Part shown: positions 20,780 through 35,700 of the stretch, in pieces
Position numbering within the stretch: position 1 is the first letter of the stretch
Layout of the letters: the number at the start of each line of letters is the position of its first letter
Assembly: GCA_020137815.1 (NCBI GenBank)
Contig: CM035351.1
Coordinates: 2,170,001 to 2,234,000, forward strand
Reading direction: 5' to 3'
From: Hormiphora californensis
Lineage: Eukaryota > Animalia > Ctenophora
Length of the DNA stretch: 64,000 nucleotides
Notes under the pieces: model-generated
Database searches by the model: none
What the model saw: only the letters and a program-made list of their open reading frames with translations
What the model was told of the DNA's origin: nothing
Made by a program: the position numbers and the translations under genes

Positions 20780-23700
20780 TCATCTGTTTCGGTCCTTCCT
20801 TGATCCCGGGCTGGCTGGTATACCCCGGTTAGCGGGTGACTGGTGCCGGGGCGAGTGGTGGGGCGAGGAATGGGGACTAGAACCCTTCTTGATAATACCC
20901 TCTCTTAGTTTCCGTTGCTGCATCTCAGGGTACAGGCCGTCCGGTCCAGTAACACCCGCTAGACGTCCAGCGAACTCCTTACACACAACCTTGGGCAGCA
21001 CGGCCAACAGTGACACCTAGAAATGGTTTAGGGGTAAATTAGGGTTCGTTAGGCTAACATGATCAATAAATTGCCAATATGGCATACACACATTGGTTAT
21101 TTGTAATAATTATACCGCTAGAGAGACAGCTCAGAGAAGACTCTGGCTATAGATCAGCAAGCTGTCCTATTTACTAAACCGTTTACAATGAGAGCTAGAT
21201 TGCAACCAATGATTTGTCCAACATGAGTGGTGTAACTGACACACCCCACCCAATATAAATAACAATACCTTGGCACCTGCCATTACAGGGTGGAGGACCG
21301 CAGAGGCACATTTCTTGTTCGGGGGATAGGGAATTAGGGGACCATCACCACTGGACATATCGTCAACTGGCCTCTTTTTATTTGCTGTTAGCGCCTCTTG
21401 TTCAGCAACTGTTTGGAGTAATAATACTTTTAGAGGAGCCACTTACATATATTGTTCTTGTAATTATTGTTAGGATTTAGTTTTGCATTTATGTATAAAA
21501 CACTACAAAAGAGCTCTCTAATACAGACGATGCATCCTCCCTCTATCGCACTATATAATAAGTACTTATATAACAATAGCTTGTATCTCCGATTACTATT
21601 AGCTGTTCGCATTATAACGAGATCGCTCATGCCCCACCCAGTAATTATCACCTCATAATATTATAAAGCAAGCATACTGCAGTATCCTCCCCCCCCCCCC
21701 ATTCTAGTGTCTATCTGAATGGGGTAGACTTTAATAACCGCTTATACATCTCGTTTCTGGCAATTTAATACCCAATGTGGCTCACACCGCATTTTATATC
21801 ATCACAGAGCGAGCTGTGAGTGTTCGGTAGATCAACTTCACATGTACCTGACGTGATGACTGCTGTCCCTGTCGATACAGGGGCTGCTGATGCTGTTGTA
21901 GTGGTTGATAGGTATAGAGAGTCCTCTGAAACGCATTGTACCCCCCTTATCTTGTAGAGGCAGTCCCTAACTTTGCCATGTTGTGAGGAGATGTGAGACA
22001 TGGAAAGGATCAGACGTTCCAGCTCCTCCCAGAGTCCTTGTACTGCACTTTGGTCTCTGTAAAACAACTTTGTGTTAATTTGGTGATTGGTCCATGGAAA
22101 GATTGGTTGTGTTAATTTGGAATTAAGCCAGAAACTTGTCCAGTTTTTAGTTTTTACCCAGCCCTCCTTCAACTGTAGTGTCTACCCGAAGTAGAGTGGT
22201 ATGATGATTGTGATCTTTAATTTCAAAGGGTCCCGACTCCCGGTCATGAGACATTACTCATTAATGACCTAGTGAGGTCCCGGTCATGATTTGATAACCC
22301 AGGTCCCAATAGATATCATGGGTCATGAATGATGAAAGTTGTGCTTTTCAATGTTGACGTAACGTTGCGAGTCAAAATAGTGGGTATCCGGGTTGATAAT
22401 GACCATCAGCGAGAGATCGGGTATATATAGTAAAACCTAACCATAAAAACTTGGACTTGGTTGCATAAGAAAGTACTCTATAGATCTTTCCAGCGCATCC
22501 TAGATAAAGACTTGAGTTATGAGAGTGGGATATATTTTTACCTTTTGCCCGATTTTCCTTTGACAGATATTGGCTCTTTCTTAACTTCGATCCCTTGTAC
22601 TTTATAAATTGCCTGAAAATAAAACATACTCCTAGTTTAAACATACTCCTAGTTTTTGTAACTGCGTAACAAAAGTGTAAGGACACTTTATAGCTGCGTG
22701 GTTCCTTGGAACACGTGGTTTTGCATGTACAACACACGATATTACATGCTGCCCATTTTGATCTTTAGCGAGTATCAAGGGAGGCACTAGCCCGTTATAT
22801 GTCCAATTATATATCGCACAATTACCTGTTGGCATTCAGTAACCTCTTTATCAGTTAGTGTATCTTTAGAGAGTAACCCGAATATCCGTGTTACTCCACA
22901 TGACTCGAGGGCTGATTGGGAGTAGGTGAGGGGCATGTACGAGGTATACCGTTCCAACTCCAGAAGTGCTGAGGGGGGTGTGTTTTAGGTTACAAAGTGC
23001 TCGTTTCTATTTGACAATTATGTAGTGTGCATGTGGAGGGAGGAGGGAGCACCGGGATAGATCTTATTGAACTACGGTTACCCTGGACCGTTCGATATAA
23101 TTTCATTCGATATAATTGCAGTTATATAATAATGATGAGCAAGATGGATAATTATATTCCAGTAATTATGGTAATTAGTTAAAGAAAGAAGGCGAGGCTC
23201 ACTAATTAATTTTGTAGGCATCAAAGGGGAGGGGGACACAATGGGACTAAAGACTTAAAACTGAACTCTTGATCAGCTATGAACTCTTGATCCAACTATT
23301 GATAAAAGCTAATGGTAACCAGATCATGGCTCACGTGTAGTACTGTAGTTGTTCAATAGCAGCTGGTGGGCGGCGTATTATAATACAGAGCTAGTCTGAA
23401 CAAGTGTTCACGGCCATTTATAGAACTCCACGAATACTAGGCGTCCTATCTTGATTCATTCCTTCCTTAATATAAGTCAATTTCTAACGGCACTTAGTTA
23501 ATAAAAAACCGCAGTTGCAGTTCACTGTCTGTCTATCACCTTCTCTCCCTCCCTGTCTCTCCGCCACTTTCGTCGGATGGTATAATTAGCGGTCACCATA
23601 CGAGCGATAAATTGTCCATCTAGATTATCCACTGCCCCAACCGTTAGCTACTAGCTGTCTACCACACATATATATAACTGCAGTGCAGCTGTAGTTCAGT

Positions 23701-26700
23701 AAATTAGTGACTCAACAACTTTCTCCACAACATTCTTTGCCCAGTACCTTGCGTATTTGAATTTTGATGTTCATACCGTTTTACTCAAGATATACTGCCC
23801 CGTACCGTGCCAAAAATGATTATCATTATTTCTCTTTAGACTTTAAAGGAAAGATGTCTTCCACGAGAGTTCTGTTTGTCGTGTCAGCCATTCTGTTGGT
23901 GGCCTGCACTGCTAGTAATGTAATGGACTACCTATACATGGTCGACGCTCTGGGTAAGATATATTGGGCACGTCGCGCCCCTCTGTTCGCGCACCCGTTA
24001 TAGGGCGCTCCCCTAAATTAATTTTAACAGCTCTATGACTATGTCTTTAACCCCCTGAAAATATTTCCAGATAACGCAAATACAGTGTGTTTCGACAAAA
24101 CGATAACCCTCCAGGACATTGCAGCAATGATTGACATCAGGTTGGAGGAGGGGAAGAATAAACAGAATCTCGAGTCTGCCTGTGATATATACTGCACTAA
24201 TCTCTACTAAACCATGGACTAAAACTGTGTGTGTGTGAGTTGTGTGAACCTTGTGTGTGTGGGGATTATAATCCATATTTTAACTTTTGAAATGATTTTT
24301 GGTGATCCTGAGTGGCTGCTATTTTATTTGAATTTTGATTTCTCAGTAAAGTGAATGGAAAGGATAGTGGATAATTATTGATTACAGTTGTTGTGTGTGC
24401 GTGTATTCAGTACTATACTGTCTACAATACTGTTCTGTGTGTTTCCACCAAATTTCAGCACCAAACCAGCCGCAGCCGTTTAATTTTGTTGAAAACCCCA
24501 ATTAAAATTACCCCTAGAATTATCCAACGAAACCAAGATGAAGTCTCAATTTAATCAAGAGCTAGAGAATGCCCGTTTGAACTTGGCAAAAAGCAGAGCG
24601 CGAGGACCATCAAATTATATTAAGGAATCGCTGAAATTTAAAACAAATCGATTTTGACGTCATTGTGACGTCATAGCGTGATATTCTGGCACACGCGTCA
24701 TGGGGGAGGGGGATTAGAGAACTAGGCACTTACATCTCAGGATGGGTAAGTCGCACTCAGTGGATTCAGGAAGGGGATGAGGACACAGCTCTAAGTTTTT
24801 AATCAACATCCTCACCTCGTCATTTCTATAGTCAACCACCTTGGGGGGATGAGAGATAGAATGTTGAATAGGGTACGGGGGGGGGGGGGGTGTGAATGAG
24901 TGATAGTGTTGAATTTGGTACAAATGGACAATAGGAGATAGTGTTGAATAGGGTACACACTACACTAGGAGCAATATATTTTTCTTTAAAATAAAAGATT
25001 TTTGTACTAGGAGAATAATAAAAGAGAGGCTGCTGTATGTGACTCTGATCGTCTGCACTAGTCAAGGTAGGTAAGAAAATAAATTAAGGTATTCTCATCT
25101 CACCTTTCCACCGGGTGTCTCTCCAATGGGCGAGACATCATCCAATATGCTCTTTTCAGAGTTTCCTATGTAGTGCATTACCACCGTCCCACCGTGGTTA
25201 ATGAGTACCACTGACAAATCTAGGGAAATGAAACTTCAGTGAGGGATCTGGTGGAAGAGGGAGCCAGAAAGATGTGAGTTCATAGCTCGTAGCTCCTAAA
25301 CACTACTTTGCAGTCACTATCGCTCCAAGTTGCACCATATTGCATGACTCTCCCTAATTATCACTCAGAGAGATAAGAAGTCAACAGGGAAGTTTGGTGA
25401 TGCCATCCCACTTCGCTAGTGGAGGGGTGACAGCCTCACCAACGGTCACACATACACTCTGAAAGTCAGTTATCTAGAAGGTCGGTATACCTGATTTAGG
25501 GTACTCCAGGACGACTTGTTTGCCCACAAGTAGGAAATTAACAAGACAAATGGTGGGCCGTTCCGACACATCGAGGGGGCTGACGGGGTAACTTGTGATG
25601 CAATTCTTCAGGTTGATGTGTTGTGCATTCTTGGGAGAGAGCCACTTCATAGTTAGACGATGTTTAGGGAAGTTTGGTAGTCGAACAATTGGGTGGACTA
25701 TGTCAACGTTATAGATTGACGCTTGGGTATTCGTACTTTGCTCTTCCTAAAACATAAAATACAGATTGTCGGGCTTGTTGGGATATACCATTTTGTATTG
25801 ACCCAGGCCATAGCTGCACCTGGTTCAACTGTGATTTCAGTTTTGCCTAAGCCTATGGTAGAGTAAGGGCTCCTCTCCGAGGGCAGCTCTAGAAGTGCAG
25901 CAGAACTGTTCTACCTTCATCCCCACCCTAACGGCTAACCCCTCCAGTCCCTGTATCACACCTTCCCCCTATCCCACATACCTTCATGGGAATCTGGGTT
26001 ATCGTTGTGATGGTCAAATCATGTGTCTCCAAGACAAACTCTATAACTCTCTTGAAGATGGTGGCGGGGGTGACATTATTGATCACGTGACCTTCGTAAC
26101 GTCGTGACGTAGTAGCTGATGCACCTTCTTCTACCATGTTGAACACGATACACTCAACCGTAGTCTTCATGTCACTGTGTGGAACAAGGGGTGGTATATT
26201 AGTAGCTATAACCTGTATTTTTTAACCCTAATTTGTCTGTTTTTAGGGGTACACGTTGGCTGCGTTCGCTCTGTGGGTGCGCAAACAGGGGGCGCGACGT
26301 GCCCAAGGGCACACGACTAGCATGTATTGGTAACACCTTCAATGACTCAAACTGAAAACAGCTTTATTTACTTGTTTGGCGGATCAATATTTTATGAAAG
26401 AAATTTTGACACCAACACACTAATGAAACGAGTTCGAAGTTTATAATACATACTACACTTCAATAAAGATTGCAGTAGTTTTAAAAATGTCTCGCATCGG
26501 GGCTCGCATCACAATCCTTCAATATTTTATTTCGAATGACCAGCTGACCAGGTAACCGTTCATATCGCCTCCCAATGTCAGGGTTAGCTATGCTAATATG
26601 TCCCTGTGAGGTAAGGGCGGCATACAAGTACAACAAGTTTGCCTTGTTCGACCCTTGTTCGACCCTCCCTCCCCGCGTTTGAACAAAACAACAACAAGTA

Positions 26701-29700
26701 TTATTATTATTATTTATTCAATTGTATCCCTGACCCTATAATCTGGGCACGTGTGGTTTGATTGATTACCTACAACTATGGCTCATGCAACTATGGCTCA
26801 TAAAATCTATGAGCCATAGATGCATGCAACTATGGCTCATAGATTTTATGAGCCATAGATGCATACAACTATGGCTCATAGAAATGTGATCTGATTAGGT
26901 TCTATGAGCCAAAGCTAGTGAGAGTGAGTGACACGTGAGTGACACGTGAGTGACACGTGAGTGACACGTGAGTGACACGTGAGTGACACGTGAGTGACAT
27001 GTGAGTGACACGTGAGTTTTCGAATCATGTAATATTAAATGAGCACAAATGTAAACGATTTACATAATGATAAATCTAATGTTACATAATCAAAATTACA
27101 CTATCAGTTCATCTTGGATATAATAATGGTAAAAGGGGTCCTTCTTTGGACAGTTCATAGAGCATTTCACGTGAATCAGCAGCTCCTTAACACAATGTTT
27201 ATTCAAATCTATGGTCGGATAGGTACTAAACAGCCGCCTTGCATTATCACTATCAGGATCCACAGTAAAAAACTCTTTAACAGGTCTGATTTTCGAGAAA
27301 GTAGTATAGGTAGGATGTTCCCAGAAATTGCCTGGCTAAAGTTTCTGATCTTTCACACTCTTCCAAAACCTCCCGGTACTCGTTGAACGTTGTAGTGTTG
27401 TTCGTGACGTCGATAACAATTATAGCTAGTGAATCCACTAACAAATTGTAATGAGCGGGATGGATATGTGACAGTGTCACATATCCACCCCCCTCACTGA
27501 CACGATTCTGGGATGCGCCATTAGCAGAGTGAAACGATACGAGATACGAAACTTATGATTCGGGGGAGCTCATTAGCAGTGTGAGACGATACGGTATATG
27601 GAACATGATTCGGGGAAGCTTATTAGGAGTGCTAGACGATATGAGACACGATTCGGAGAATGTTTTATCGCTCTTTTTATCTATCTCTATTTCTTTTTGT
27701 CAATTATCTTGAGAACCAGATGAGATACCTACTCATACTAATGCGAGGAAGCTACAAACTTTGGTGCCCTTATTTTTGTCCATACTCCTTTTCCTTTTTT
27801 ATCTGGAAGTCGGCTCAGCCCCGTTGTTTTTAGGGGGATATGTTGTTGTTTTAGATGGAATGGTTTGAATTTGGTCTGTTTGGCAAGACTCGAAAAAAAC
27901 CGAACGCATTCCATCTAAAACAACATATCCTCCTAAAAACGATGAGGCGAGCCGATAGGCTCTTATTACCAAAAATAAGGGCACTAAACTCACCAAGTGT
28001 GTAGCGTCAGCTCGCATTATAGTATAATGGTAGGCACCTCATCTGGTTCTCAAGTCCAAGATAATTGACAAAAAGCGATAGAGATAGAGATAGAGATAGA
28101 TAGAAAGAGGGGGGGTCCAGCCCTAAAAAAAGCTAAAGGTACCCTGATTTTGGTCGATAGCGTTTTTTATTTTAGCTTTTTTTAGCTTTTTTTAGCTTTT
28201 TTTAGCTTTTTTTAGCCCTACTTTTTATGTTTTTTCAGCATTCATCTTGACACTTTTCCATTAAATTTTCATCCTTCCGGACGTCTATTGACTGCATTTG
28301 TTCATTTCCTGCACATTTTTTACCATAATCTACCGTTTATGTCCATACATAGCAATTTCTGTATCCACCCCTACTGCCATTTTCTGGAGACATTTTTTCG
28401 ATAAAAATATTATTCAAATTTGATAAAAATAGTTTTAAAAAAGTTCAAAAAACGTTATAAAACGTTATAATAAAAGTTAAAAAAATTTGGCGTCAGCGGG
28501 ATTCGAACCTATATGAATCCACTAAAAACTCAATTTTAGCTTTTTTTAGCTTTTTTTTTAGCTTTTTTTAGCCTTAAAAAAGCTAAATAAAGCTAAAAAA
28601 AGCTAAAAAAGCTAAAAAAAGCTAAAAAAAAGCTAAAAAAGCTAAAGGTACCCTGATTTTGGCCGTTAGCTTAGCTTTTTTTAGGGCTGGACCCCCCCCC
28701 CAAAGAGCGATAAAACATTCTCCGAATCGTTTCTAATATCGTCTAACACTCCTAATAAGCTTCCCCGAATCATGTTCCATATACCTATCGTCACACATTG
28801 CTAATGAGCTCCCCCGAATCATAAGTTTCGTATCTCGTATCGTTTCACTCTGCTAATGGCGCATCCCAGAATCGTGTCAGTGAGGGGGGTGGATATGTGA
28901 CACTGTCACATATCCATCCCGCTCATTAGAATTTGTTAGTAGATTCACTAGCTATAATTGTTATCGACGTCACGAACAACACTACAACGTTCAACGAGTA
29001 CCGGGAGGTTTTGGAAGAGTGTGAAAGATCAGAAACTTTAGCCAGGCAATTTCTGGGAACATCCTACCTATACTACTTTCTCGAAAATCAGACCTGTTGG
29101 AGAGTTTTTTACTGTGGATCCTGATAGTGATAATGCAAGGCGGCTGTTTAGTACCTATCCGATCATAGATTTGAATAAACATCGTGTTAAGGAGCTGCTG
29201 ATTCACGTGAAATGCTCTATGAACTGTCCAAAGAAGGACCCCTTTTACCATTATATCCAAGATGAACTGATAGTGTAATTTTAATTATGTAATATTAGAT
29301 TTATCATTATGTAAATCGTTTGCATTTGTGCTCATTTAATATTACATGATTCGAAAACTCACGTGTCACTCACATGTCACTCACGTGTCACTCACGTGTC
29401 ACTCACGTCCCTCTCACTCTCACTAGCTTTGGCTCATAGAACCTAATCAGATCACATTTCTATGAGCCATAGTTGTATGCATCTATGGCTCATAAAATCT
29501 ATGAGCCATAGTTGCATGCATCTATGGCTCATAGATTTTATGAGCCATAGTTGCATGAGCCATAGTTGTAGGTCACCGGTTTGATTGACGTGTTTTACTA
29601 TAAAATGGAGGTGCGTATTTTACCACGTTCGATAAGATCCTATTATCCTACGCTATGCATTAGATCATCTAGGATAATATATCACATAGCCCATTGTATT

Positions 29701-32700
29701 TAAAGCAAAGCTTGGCCGCTTTATCTTCTATAGCATTCGAGCTAGCGCATTGTCTGATTTTATCATACCCTTTCAAATCCTTCAACGGAATGGTTAGAAT
29801 AATTTTACTCGGTTTAAGGGGAAGAGCTCGATATTCCGTATAATATTCACTCTACCATTGCTATTGGCATACGTTGCAGGCCCCTTATAATATAATATAA
29901 GGGGCCTGGAGGGAATACCGCGCTGGGGGGGAATACATAAACAATCATATCTCCGGTTCCAGATAAGGTACAGAAATCGTTTTGGTAGCGTTGGAAAGAG
30001 GAAGATAACAGCTTTAAAATGCAACCGGTTTCAGGTCTCTATCTTATCAGGAACAGGAGATATTAGGTTGTTCCACAATGATCGGGACTGTAGGTATAAC
30101 TCAAAAACTAGCCAACTTAGGGGAATTCTGCCAACACCATCGTGTTTTTTGGACATTTTTCTGTTCTAAGAAGCTTTGTTAAAATTCTGTTTCGTTTTTG
30201 TAAGAACCAGGAAGTCCACTTTAAAAATCTCACTTTTTTGGCTGCCGAAAATGAAAAAAGTGACTTTCTTAAAGAAGCTCTGAGTCACAGAAAATTTCAA
30301 AAATGAATAACGAAAACAGTACTAGGCGTTCAGGAATTGTCTAAACTTAAATTTTAGTGAACTTTTTTTCCTCAAATTTCAATTTTGCTCGGCGCAGAAG
30401 TCATTTCCTACTAGAGCTAAAAATCAGAAATTTCCAAGAAACTGTGGCCCTTGCCAGCGCATAGTGGTTCCAAAACAAGTTCTTGATAGCTAAAAATTTA
30501 ATTGAAACGATTTTCTTTGCGAATCCATCCATTTTAAACCTTTAAATGGTCTTTTATGTACTTTTTTTTTGGTTTTAGAAAAATTGCTTCAAAATTACCA
30601 CTTTTTTGGGGTTGTTTTTCGTCTATTTTTTGTGAACTTTTGTCGATATTGAGCTATGAAACTGGGATTTGCCAACGAATTTCACACGAACGGCTCGGTT
30701 AAGTCCAAGAGTAATCCCAACCAGCGTTAAACCAAATTTGGATCATAATAAGGTACCTTAATTGGTCAATAATTGGCCTTTCGGCGGCGGGTATTTCGAG
30801 ATATTGAAAATTGGCCCTAATTCCGCAACCAAACAGGTAGCGGCAAAACTAATACCAGTTTTTCTCTTTCAAATTAACTAATTAACTCGGTAGAACCGTC
30901 AGTTTGATTCAGGGGGCTGCATAGCGTGGTGTAAAGCCTCAGTCCCGATCATTGTGGAACAACCTAATATGAACCAAACTCCGCAAAATCGAGTGCGGTA
31001 AAATAAAAAAATTCGAGATTTTAATTCAAATTTGAAACAAAGTGTCCCTGCAGGGATCTGTGACGTCACTTTTTGAAAACAACCCATCTTTGAACGGTTA
31101 TTGCTCAGCCTCCTGAAGTCCAATTTACTTCTCTCAAAAACAGCAAGGTAGATAATTGTCAGATCTAACAGCTAGTGAAAGAATCAAGTCAAACGGACTT
31201 CAGGGGCCAAAGTTATAAGCACCGCCGTTTTTTCGCTCGCAAAGTTATCTTCGACCCAGCCGGGCCCGTCCTGAGCTCAGGCCAAACGCGCGCGCGGCAT
31301 TCCCTTCAGTCCCCTCGTTGCGGGGGTGCGCGCATGAGGGGGCTGCAGCGCATTCCAACCATTGCTATTGATTTCTATACCATCTTTAGAGATATGTTCC
31401 TTGCTGTAATTGGCGTACTGGTTGAAATCGTGCTTCTTTCACCGGGAGTTGCTTTTCCAGAGAAAAGTGAAAGGCTTGGTTGTTTTCCCCAATTTTGGTC
31501 GAGAGGTACCCCCTGGCATTCGGAAACTCCTTCGACTGATCGGAGTTATGAAGACGGACAAATGTGCCCCATCAAAATTGATCGTGGGTTTCTATTCCCC
31601 ATTTGTAACGATAACCGCTACTCTTTGAACACAGCACTTTTCCAATGTATCACCTCACCCAACGTGACTTATTGGAAACGGCGGGTGATGAACTTTCTAA
31701 CACGCGAAACCACGACTGATGTCTCTGTCCGCTGTCCCAATGACGCTGCCATCTACCAGGCGTGTGGGGATTGGGAATTTGGCCTTTACATGAACACCCT
31801 ATATCACATTCACATTCCAATGTTTGATAAAACGCCTGTGTGTGGAGTTCTGTGCAAAGACAACATTGAAGGTGTCTTTGTTCAAAGGGAGGACCTCCAG
31901 GTATGCCATGGTGATCATGCTAAGGACTCCATACTACACCGGCTGACTACACAAAATGGAACTATGGTTGAGGCTGTCTCTGAAACTGGGAGGTATCTGT
32001 GACGGGGTATGTGATGATATCTCTATGGGAGGCACCTCTCAACCCAAGTTAACGTGCGTCGAGGAGCGGGATTGTGGCGGGGGATTCGTGTATGGAGCTG
32101 TCTCTGAAGATCTAGTTTTCTTGCCATTCCAAGGAATGCCTAAACCCGAAAAGGATATCACCCCTCCTTGGGATCTAGATGCACCACTTTGTCATGCGAC
32201 AGCAAATCTTATGCCTGGACCTCAGGATTTCTTTCCCCTTTATAATGGCTCAAGATGCTTCATCACAATTACAGGTAGAATTGACATTGATTCGAACATT
32301 TTCGTCACGAAACCTGTTCCTTCATACTGCTTGTTTACCGCGATGGATCAGACAAATTGCACCGATCCAGCGAAGATTGGGGGCCGATGCTTGGTGAAGT
32401 GGGTATCCTAGCACAATTTCCATCTATGTGATATGTGATGCACAACGACCCCTAAAGTCACAGCTATGTGATGATGGAATAGAATTGAAGTGTGTGAAAA
32501 TTGGTCGACACTGTCATATTCACAAGCATCATATTTGTGATGGCACGGATGATTGTGCAAGTGGTATGGATGAGGGTGAAATGTTGTGTGGTGGTGGAAA
32601 ACTAATCAATCAGACGTGCCAGAGACGGTTTGGAAAAGTTGCTAAAGTTCCAGTGGACTGGGTTAAAGATGGAGTAGTGGATTGTGAGAGCGGCATCGAT

Positions 32701-35700
32701 GAGGAAGGGGACTGGGATATGTGCGGAAATGGCACCACCCGAAGGATAAAGGTGGACACGGCACCGTGCTTAAACGTTTTCTTATGCCATGGCAACCATT
32801 CCAATTTCCTGGAAACGGCCACCATGTGCTCTTCGACCAAGAAGTTGCGACGAGGGAGCTTGTAACAGCGCTAGAAGAAAAGTTGTCGTTGAGAAAACTC
32901 TCCTCCGATTTTCGTCACCGGTTAATAAATTTGGAAAGGAAGTTCTTGTTGGAAGTGTCTGCAGCAAAGGTCTATCCTCGTTGCTCCTTCACATGAGGGA
33001 GAAGTGTTTCCTTCGAACATTTAACCACTCATTTCATAAATTCTTTGGTAAAAACCTCACAATTTCCCTTGCGACGCCCAATCGGAAGCGGGATTGTAGA
33101 TTCCTGTACGGTGAGGCGTATGTCTTTCACAGTTGTACTGGACAGTGTACAAATGCCAAATGCCCCCTGGAAAGACCAGTACTGCATAATACCTGCCACA
33201 ATCTCCGGGTTGCGGTTCAATCACTTAACACGGAGTTGAATGTCGTGACACCGGTTTTCCGATATAAAACTGCCTTTCACAACAACGTTTTTGTGTGTAA
33301 AAACAGGAATTGTATTCTGTTTGAGAGGGTGTGTGACCTGGTTGATGACTGCGGGGACAGGTCTGATGAGGATGCCGGGTGTGCCAATAACTTCCAGTGT
33401 GCTGATAACTCCTCGTTCTTACCTCTGAGCCAGAAATGCGATAAGAAAACTGATTGTAAGGACTTTTCTGACGAATGCAACGAAAGCTGCAACAGGAAGG
33501 CAGTTGAAAGTTCTGTTACCCTAGCAATAGCATTCATTATGGGAGCCATGGGAATCTTTGTAGGACTTTGGGCCTTCGTGAAAACATCTCGCAAAAAACT
33601 CCCCGAGAAAAGTGGGGCTTTTGTGAACCACATCTTCGTGCTTGCAATCTCATTTGGAGATCTCTTCACTCCCTGCTATCTCCTCACACTAACAACCCTG
33701 CACTGGATGAAGGACGCGAACTTTTGTGCGAAGCGGTTAGAGTGGATGAGTGGACGGTCCTGTAATGCCATAGGTGTACTAAACACAATAGGGGCGACAG
33801 TTTCATCCTTAGCAATGGCGGGAATAAGCATGTACCGGCTTTACGGAACAAGGAGAGCACTCCAATACAGACAGTCAGACGAAGTATCGAAGAAGCTTCA
33901 ACAAAAAGTTACTCTATCTTTAGCAATCATCTTGTCCATCTCTCTATTGTTTGCGGTAGTACCCCTTGTACCGCTATTGGAAGATTGGTTCGTCAATGGA
34001 ATGGTGTTTCCAAGGGAAATATCACTTTTCCTTGACACAGTGGACAAGGCACGGTTTATGCAAATTTTACATGGGTACTACGGAGTCAGACATTCAGAAG
34101 GGTCCCTACGGAAGGTCGATATTTCCTGGAGTGCAATACGGGGAATGGTGGGGGAAATGTTTTCCGCTGATTATGGGGCCGTCTCCGGAAAGAAGGTCTC
34201 ATTTTACGGCAACGATCCAGTTTGTATGTTTAAGTTTTTTGTCCTCCTCGATGATCCCCAGGTTGCCTTTGTCTGGCTCTACATCAGTCTTCACTTTCTC
34301 TGCTTTGTGGCCGTGGCGGCGTGCCATATCCTAATTGTGGTACTATCCAACAGGAGCAGAGTCCCTGGGCACCGGGCCAAAAGTAGCAAACTCGGCCGCA
34401 AAGTTACTTTGGTGTGTGTAACGGACTTTTGTTGCTGGCTACCTTTCCTGATTTGTTGTGCCCTTCACACGGCCGAGGTTGTGGATATGTCACCATGGTA
34501 CCAGGTCTTCTCCCTCAACATTCTACCAATCAACTCCGTACTTAACCCACTACTGTACGGCGATCTACTGTCTAAAGTGCTTGATATCTTGAAATCTGGC
34601 GTGGGAATGGGTAGAAAGATGGGCAATGCTATGCTATCAATCCCGGCTATTTTTAATGGTTCCCCAGCCGCACCTGAAGCAGTTGAGGAACCTGAAACAG
34701 CCATGAGTAAATGTAACCAAGAAGACCCCGTTGAACAAGAAAACAATGCCCCTGGAGGGTGTCCTAAGACACCCATGAATGACACAACTGCAGGGTGTCA
34801 ACCAATGAATGAGAAGAAGACAACTGCAGGAGGGGAATCGAGTCTGCAACGAGTTAACAACGATAGATCAAATTATCTTGAGATGACCACAAAATGTCCT
34901 AGTTGTAGTGCCATGAAGGCAAACAGAGTTGAGATGCAAGAAACTGCTTTCGATACAGATACCTGCATGACCGTGGACAACATAACCCCGCGGAAACGGC
35001 ATTTAACTTCTTAACTTCAATATTTAAGTTGGAACTTCTGAAATTACTTTAGAATAACTTTAGATGTCTGGTTAACTCTTAGCTAAAATCTATGGACCAA
35101 TTATTTGTGGACAGCTTTATTTATTTATGAATCTTTTCCCCCAAAAACTCAGCCAAAAAAGGAACAAGAATAATTGCGGTATAATGCCATACCGCCTGAT
35201 TTCCCCGCCAACCATGTGATCTGGCATGTGCCAGTTGCCACACCTGCTTCTAATTGGGCACTGATACGTGAGCCGGTATAGCTGATGGGTTGCCTGAGCT
35301 ATGTGATATCCTAGTAATAATAAGTCGCAGTTCCGATCACAAATGCAGAACAATGTTCATTGCACAATGACGTAGGGCGCGATGACAAATCTGTGAACAA
35401 TTGTAATTGCAAGTGCAACATAAAGGCGCCGCGCACATGCGCGCAAAAACTTCCTGTTGTGTTCAGTCAGTAAGTGACAGCATTCCGCACTGGATAGTTG
35501 CCAACAGCAACTCAGGAGGTTACGTTACAGGAAAAGCGTGACACTTCACTAGTATGTAAAATAAAATTGTCGAATTCTAAACCCCTATGCCTTTTTACAA
35601 AAGGCATCCGGGTGAATGCCTTCGGCATTCACCGGGCGGGGAAAAAATAGTTTAGTTTTGCTTGTTTTCAAGTGCAGCCATTATTTTGTCAAATATGCAT

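Larger units (their letters stand above)
26764..29577. mobile_element. Foldback (long inverted repeat) MULE-like element, 9-bp TSD GGTTTGATT
   Basis: Arms ~26764-27790 and ~27990-29577 (excluding the nested MITE) are reverse complements, giving mirrored ORFs 27114+/28991-. TSD at 26755-26763 and 29578-29586. Confidence 0.85.

Noticed and set aside
27114-29260. Mirrored 89-90 aa ORFs as transposase
   Set aside because: Short, no DDE or zinc-finger motif seen; explained by the foldback arms.
31175-31393. First 73 codons of the 275-aa ORF
   Set aside because: Lie mostly in transposon-end sequence; the signal-peptide ATG at 31394 follows a splice acceptor and is the better start.
35586-35640. 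Twin hairpins as intrinsic terminator or Helitron end
   Set aside because: Eukaryotic intronic context, and no matching 5' end or CTRR terminus could be established.
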